Shown: one piece after another, positions 20,727 to 25,123 of the stretch
How the letters are laid out: the number at the start of each line of letters is the position of its first letter
Position numbering within the stretch: position 1 is the first letter of the stretch
DNA from: a virus
Taxonomy: Duplodnaviria > Heunggongvirae > Uroviricota > Caudoviricetes > Crassvirales
Direction: 5' to 3' (one strand)
IMG/VR virus record: IMGVR_UViG_3300031952_000007
Location: 78,504 to 103,626 of that record
DNA length: 25,123 nucleotides
Translations under genes and position numbers: made by a program
Notes under the pieces: model-generated
What the model was told of the DNA's origin: nothing
What the model saw: the letters and a program-made list of their open reading frames with translations, nothing else
The model's database searches: none

Positions 20727-22457
20727 ATGAATACAACCTGCTCAGCTGAAGTTTGTCCTGTTATATTGAATAGCACCTGCGTATTTTATGAAGGTGCTAA
20801 TTTAGTGTATATAGGTGTAACATCTGGAGATAACATTCAAACAGCATTACAAAAAATTAATGCTAAGGTTGAAGATGCTGGACTTGGGTATATATTTACT
20901 AATGGTATAATACAAACAACTCCTGGAGCTCCTGTAGGACTAGGAGGAGCACTTATTAATAACACTACTATAAATGGAAATTATACATTAACTTTTACAG
21001 GAAGTTTAGAATCTTCTAAATTAATAACTACAGGAGGAACTTCTTCTGAGTTTGTTAAGGGAGATGGATCTCTTGATAGTAATTCCTATCAATTGACTGG
21101 TAACTATATTACAGCTCTTACAGGAGATGGAACAGCTAGTGGTCCAGGATCTTCATTATTTACATTAGCCAATGTTAATTTATATGCTGGTACATTTGGA
21201 ACAAGCACACAAGTTCCTGTAATTACAGTGAATAATAAAGGTCTTGTAACAAGTATTTCAACTACATTAATATATATTCCTTCAGATCAATTATTAATTA
21301 CAGGAGATGTTTTTGGTGTTGGTTTTACAGGAAACTACACAACATTAACTCTTAATACAGTTAATACTAATGTATATGGAACAAATACTTTATTAAAGTT
21401 TTCTGTAAATGGTAAAGGACTTATAACTTCTGCTTCTCCAATTACAAACTTTGATATTACAGGACTATTGGGATATACACCAGTTCCAAATAGTAGAACT
21501 CTTTCTATTAATGGTGTAACATACGATCTTACAGTTAATAGAAGTTGGACAGTTGATGGTCTTCCTTCTCAAGGAGGTCATGCTGGTCAGTTTCTTACTA
21601 CAGATGGTTCTGTTCCTAGTTGGGCAACAATTCCTATATCAGGAGGAACTGTAACAAATGTATCTGTAACTTCTGGAACAGGTATTTCTGCAAGTGTAGC
21701 AAACCCATCTACAACTCCAAACATTACTATAACTAATACAGCTCCTGATAGAACAGTAGTGTTAAATAATGGTACAGGAATTTCTGTTACAGGAACCTAT
21801 CCTAATTTTACTATCACTAATACAGGAACTACATCTATTTCAACATTACAACAAGTAGTAAATGTTGGTAATGGTATTTCTAATTTTGGAGGTTCTGGAA
21901 CTGCTGATATTCAATCTACAAATTTTACAAGTAATAGAACACTTTATTTAAATAATAATGGTTTTGCTACAATTAAAATAGAAGATAATCTTAATGGAAC
22001 CCATTATACTATTATTGATATTGATACACTTAACTTAAATGGAACATCTTACAACTGGTCAAGTATTGTAAGTCCTGCAGTTCCCACTCTTCAACAAGTA
22101 ACTGATGTAGGAGCAACAACTACTAATTCAATAGTTATAAATCCAAATGTATCAGGATCTGCTAATTTATCTTTATATTCAAATCCAAATAATACGGCAT
22201 TGTCAGTAGTAATGACTGGTGCATTGTCAAGGGGAATTGAAATTGTGAATTATGATAGTAGTGGTACTTTCCCATTTAATTATAGTTTATTTGATGGTGA
22301 TGCTTCATATATCCCATTAACTACTATTAACGATGCAGGTGAATTAACTGCTAAAAAATTAATAAAACAAGGAGGTACATCAAGCCAATATCTTATGGCT
22401 GATGGTAGTGTGACTACAGGAGGATTTGAAATGAATTTTATGTTAATGGGAGCTTAA
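20727..22457 (+). CDS. Tail fibre-type protein B (576 aa)
   Basis: Cys-rich N-terminal domain paralogous to fibre A; repeated modules GGTSS[EQ][FY].[KM][GA]DGS, TGD...TL..VN...VN.KGL.TS (x2), TLQQV (x2), GTGIS (x2); T/G/S/N-rich; ends FEMNFMLMGA. Confidence 0.8.
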   Translation: MNTTCSAEVCPVILNSTCVFYEGANLVYIGVTSGDNIQTALQKINAKVEDAGLGYIFTNGIIQTTPGAPVGLGGALINNTTINGNYTLTFTGSLESSKLITTGGTSSEFVKGDGSLDSNSYQLTGNYITALTGDGTASGPGSSLFTLANVNLYAGTFGTSTQVPVITVNNKGLVTSISTTLIYIPSDQLLITGDVFGVGFTGNYTTLTLNTVNTNVYGTNTLLKFSVNGKGLITSASPITNFDITGLLGYTPVPNSRTLSINGVTYDLTVNRSWTVDGLPSQGGHAGQFLTTDGSVPSWATIPISGGTVTNVSVTSGTGISASVANPSTTPNITITNTAPDRTVVLNNGTGISVTGTYPNFTITNTGTTSISTLQQVVNVGNGISNFGGSGTADIQSTNFTSNRTLYLNNNGFATIKIEDNLNGTHYTIIDIDTLNLNGTSYNWSSIVSPAVPTLQQVTDVGATTTNSIVINPNVSGSANLSLYSNPNNTALSVVMTGALSRGIEIVNYDSSGTFPFNYSLFDGDASYIPLTTINDAGELTAKKLIKQGGTSSQYLMADGSVTTGGFEMNFMLMGA

Positions 22458-22466
22458 AAAAATATT

Positions 22467-22796
22467 ATGCCAAACGTATACAAAATATTAGGACAAAACA
22501 GTCCATCAGCAACAACAGAAACAGTGTTATATACTGTTCCTAGTCTTACATCTTCTGTGTGTAGTTCTATTTCTATATGTAATAGAGGTGCTACACAGAC
22601 AACATTTAGAATTTCTGTATCTCCAGCAGGAGCTGCTACAGCTAATAAAGATTATCTTTATTATGATGTAACATTAGCAGGTAATGATACATTTATTGCT
22701 ACAATAGGTGTAACACTTGCAACAACAGATGTAATTAGAATTTATTCAGGAAACAATAACCTATCCTTTCAGGTATGGGGTACAGAAATAAGTTAA
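22467..22796 (+). CDS. Small beta-rich virion-associated protein (109 aa, YKILGQ...LYTVP...GTEIS type)
   Basis: Sequence of alternating beta-strands; resembles small phage proteins I recall following genes that end in F[LM]LMGA. No named family asserted. Confidence 0.7.
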   Translation: MPNVYKILGQNSPSATTETVLYTVPSLTSSVCSSISICNRGATQTTFRISVSPAGAATANKDYLYYDVTLAGNDTFIATIGVTLATTDVIRIYSGNNNLSFQVWGTEIS

Positions 22797-22799
22797 TAT

Positions 22800-24050
22800 A
22801 TGGCACAAAATTATTCAGGATATAGTATAATAAGTCCAGCTATTTCATATGCAAACTCTCCAAATATAGATGCATTTGGTAGACTTAGGGTTAGTAATCC
22901 ATTTACATTATTTGACTCTAGTCATAGATATGCAGATAATGGGTTGTGGTCTACATCTACTGCTACAAGTGGAGCAGCTGTATTTAATGCAGATCAAGGT
23001 CTTGTTGATTTAAATGTTACAGCAGCAAGTGGTTCTCAAGTTCTTAGAGAAACCGTAAAAGTATTTTCTTATCAACCTGGAAAAAGTTTACTTGTATTAT
23101 CAACATTTACAATGTCTCCTGCTAAAACAAATCTTAGACAAAGAATTGGATATTATGGAGCAGCTAATGGTTATTATTTAGAACAAAATAATAGTACAGT
23201 TAGTTTTGTTGAAAGAACTTCAATTTCAGGTTCATTAGTAAATACACCTGTTGCTCAATCAAGTTGGAATGTTGATCCTATGAATGGAACAGGTCCTAGT
23301 GGAATAACACTTGATTTAACAAAAGCTCAAATTTTATTTATGGATCTTGAGTGGTTAGGAGTAGGTACAGTTAGAATGGGGTTTGTTATAGATGGTAATT
23401 TTTATGTTTGTCATAAATTTCATCATGCTAATATAATTGCATCTACATATATTACTACTGCTTCTTTACCATTAAGATATGAAATAACAAATACAGGTGC
23501 TACAAGTGGGGTAAGTACATTAAAACAAATATGCTCCACTGTATTATCTGAAGGAGGATATCAACTTAATGGTTCTCAATTTGCAATTAATACTCCTATT
23601 GGAACTTCATACACTCTTACAACTAAAGAATTATATTACCCAGTATTAGCAATAAGATTAAAGAATACAAAATTAGATAGTGTTACAATACTATCTGCAT
23701 TAACATTATTAGCAGATACAACTGGTGAAAAATATAATTGGCAATTAAGAACAGGTGAAACCAATTTAGTTGGTGGAGGTACATGGCTTACTGCAGGATC
23801 AGATTCTACTGTAGATTATAATATTACAGGTACTAGTGTATCTGGGGGAAGAATAATATCAAGCGGGTTTTTTAGTTCAACAACAAATACTGGAAGTTCT
23901 GTATCTTTATTTAAAGATTCAATGTTTAGATTTCAATTAGAAAGAAATACGTTTACAGGTATTCCATTCGAAATGATTTTGTCGGTAACGGCATCACAAA
24001 ATAATAGTAAAGTATTTGCTTCCTTAGATTGGGAAGAAGTAACAAGATAA
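22800..24050 (+). CDS. DAFGRLR-type beta-sandwich (lectin-like) structural protein (416 aa)
   Basis: DAFGRLRVSNPFTLFDS, YQPGKS, RQRIGYY, Q..WN.D..NGTGPSG..LD, DLEWLGVGTVRMGFVIDG, LPLRYEI and ICSTVLSEGG are motifs of a protein family widespread in tailed phages; function not established. Confidence 0.7.
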   Translation: MAQNYSGYSIISPAISYANSPNIDAFGRLRVSNPFTLFDSSHRYADNGLWSTSTATSGAAVFNADQGLVDLNVTAASGSQVLRETVKVFSYQPGKSLLVLSTFTMSPAKTNLRQRIGYYGAANGYYLEQNNSTVSFVERTSISGSLVNTPVAQSSWNVDPMNGTGPSGITLDLTKAQILFMDLEWLGVGTVRMGFVIDGNFYVCHKFHHANIIASTYITTASLPLRYEITNTGATSGVSTLKQICSTVLSEGGYQLNGSQFAINTPIGTSYTLTTKELYYPVLAIRLKNTKLDSVTILSALTLLADTTGEKYNWQLRTGETNLVGGGTWLTAGSDSTVDYNITGTSVSGGRIISSGFFSSTTNTGSSVSLFKDSMFRFQLERNTFTGIPFEMILSVTASQNNSKVFASLDWEEVTR

Positions 24051-24069
24051 TTAAAATAATAAAAACAGT

Positions 24070-25123
24070 TTGGCACAAGGAACAACCAAAGGAGTACCAA
24101 TAGATATAGATCCACTATTAGCAAATAATAGTGACCTTCTTGTGCCATCACAAAAAGCTATAAAAACATATGTTGATACAGAAGTTTCACAAACAGTAAC
24201 ATCAGTTGCTGCTTTAGCATTAGGTACTACAGGTAATGATTTAAGCTCAACAGTTGCTAATCCAACTACTACACCTGTTATTACACTAAACGTACCTGAT
24301 GCAAGTGCAACGGCTAGGGGTGTAATTACTACAGGACCTCAAATTATTGTAGGTTCAAAAACATTTAGTCCAACGGTTACAGCTTCAGGTGCTATTGCAA
24401 GGGGTACTTATTTAACGCCTATTTTAAACGCAGCAGCAAGCGGTGATGTGTTGGTAGGTTTAGATGTTGCACCAACATTTGTGGGAGGTATAGCTACTGT
24501 AAATATATCTTCGGGGGGAACACTATATACAACGGGAACTTATACTAATGTGCCATTTACGGGAGGTAATGGGGCTGGAGCAATAGCAACTATTGTAGTA
24601 GCAGGGGGAACAGTAACAACTGTTACAATTACAACAGCAGGTACTGGCTATTATATTGATAATATATTAAGTGCTGCTTCTGCTAATATAGGAACTACAG
24701 GTAGTGGATTAAGTATAATTGTAGCAAGTTTAGCTACCAATGTTTCTTCTTATGCGGCAAAAATTAATGGTTCAATTTTAAATACAATAGGGAATACTTC
24801 TTTATATACCTCTAATGTAGTTAATAATTCGTTAACATTACATACCCAAACACCAACAATAGCTAATTTCTTTTTACGGGCAGATGGTACAAATGTATTT
24901 TTAAATGCAGCAAATAGTTCTGGAAATATATTTTTCAGAATTGGGAACACTACTCGAGGTCAATTTATGCCTACAACTGGTAATCTTATTTTACAGAATT
25001 CAGGTACATTTACTGATAATCTAGCAAGATTGCAAGTACAAAATGGAACAGGACAAGGTGATGGACAAATAGGTACTGAATTATTAAGTGCAAGTGGATG
25101 GACTTCAACTGGTTGGACGGGTT
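24070..25123 (+). CDS. Tail fibre-type protein C, 3' partial (>=351 aa), TTG start; not in the ORF track
   Basis: In-frame TAA at 24052-24054; the next possible start is TTG at 24070, preceded by an A-rich tract with A at -3. Translates as MAQGTTKGVPIDIDPLLANNSDLLVPSQKAIKTYVD... with no stop up to base 25123. Confidence 0.85.
   Translation, partial: MAQGTTKGVPIDIDPLLANNSDLLVPSQKAIKTYVDTEVSQTVTSVAALALGTTGNDLSSTVANPTTTPVITLNVPDASATARGVITTGPQIIVGSKTFSPTVTASGAIARGTYLTPILNAAASGDVLVGLDVAPTFVGGIATVNISSGGTLYTTGTYTNVPFTGGNGAGAIATIVVAGGTVTTVTITTAGTGYYIDNILSAASANIGTTGSGLSIIVASLATNVSSYAAKINGSILNTIGNTSLYTSNVVNNSLTLHTQTPTIANFFLRADGTNVFLNAANSSGNIFFRIGNTTRGQFMPTTGNLILQNSGTFTDNLARLQVQNGTGQGDGQIGTELLSASGWTSTGWTG
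24149..24177 (+). repeat. 29-nt dispersed direct repeat, partner at 16941-16969 (27/29 identical)
   Basis: CACAAAAAGCTATAAAAACATATGTTGAT versus CACAAAAAGCTACAAAAACATATGTAGAT; both encode QKAxKTYVD. Confidence 0.85.

Larger units (their letters stand above)
1..25123 (+). mobile_element. Segment of a crAss-like bacteriophage genome, probable Bacteroidota host (virion cargo, tail fibre and lysis modules)
   Basis: Giant ORF with the DFDID-type virion RNAP motif, tail-fibre repeat proteins, GH19 endolysin with holin-like genes, single-strand tight packing with TAATG overlaps, A-rich start regions without Shine-Dalgarno sequences, TAnnTTTG boxes. No cellular housekeeping genes or integrase are visible, so phage versus prophage cannot be decided. 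Confidence 0.9.

Noticed and set aside
1116-24950. All short minus-strand ORFs and the alternate-frame ORFs at 251, 4397 and 7418
   Set aside because: They lie within long, motif-bearing + strand genes, have the Ser/Leu/Phe/Ile-rich composition of antisense shadows, and show no motifs or initiation signals.
1-25123. Stop-codon reassignment (TAG or TGA recoding known in some crAss-like phages)
   Set aside because: Multi-kilobase ORFs are uninterrupted in the standard code. Reading the single terminal TAG (11422) as Gln adds only QYAL before a TAA.
1-25123. tRNA, rRNA or structured ncRNA genes
   Set aside because: The largest non-coding gaps are 84 and 71 nt, extremely AT-rich, and show no cloverleaf or GC-rich stems.

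Overview
An AT-rich, gene-dense bacteriophage segment with every credible gene on the + strand. It is best read as the virion-cargo, tail-fibre and lysis region of a crAss-like phage with a Bacteroidota host. Bases 1-11424 are one 5'-truncated ORF of at least 3807 aa (frame 1 is open from base 1, so the TTG at 163 is not the true start). It carries two HExxH zincin domains and a crAss-type virion RNA polymerase core (RIPTQ...GSDFDIDKL, VDVAKDP). Next is a 1640-aa cargo-type protein with a degenerate zincin (EEAMH) and a PD-(D/E)xK nuclease. The rest holds three fibre-like genes (16433, 20727, and a TTG-start gene at 24070 that runs off the window and is missing from the ORF track), small partner genes, a DAFGRLR-type beta-rich protein, a lysis cassette (two small membrane proteins, a spanin candidate, a GH19 endolysin) and a 38-aa basic peptide also missing from the track. 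Most interesting: only 3 Cys occur in ~5450 aa of the two giant proteins and two of them sit at the gene junction; the polymerase polyprotein carries linker-bounded orphan domains; a unit of inverted repeat, TAnnTTTG promoter and Cys-domain fibre gene occurs twice; and the last fibre contains a CpG-rich module that looks recently acquired. All family assignments come from motif recognition by eye; no database search was run.
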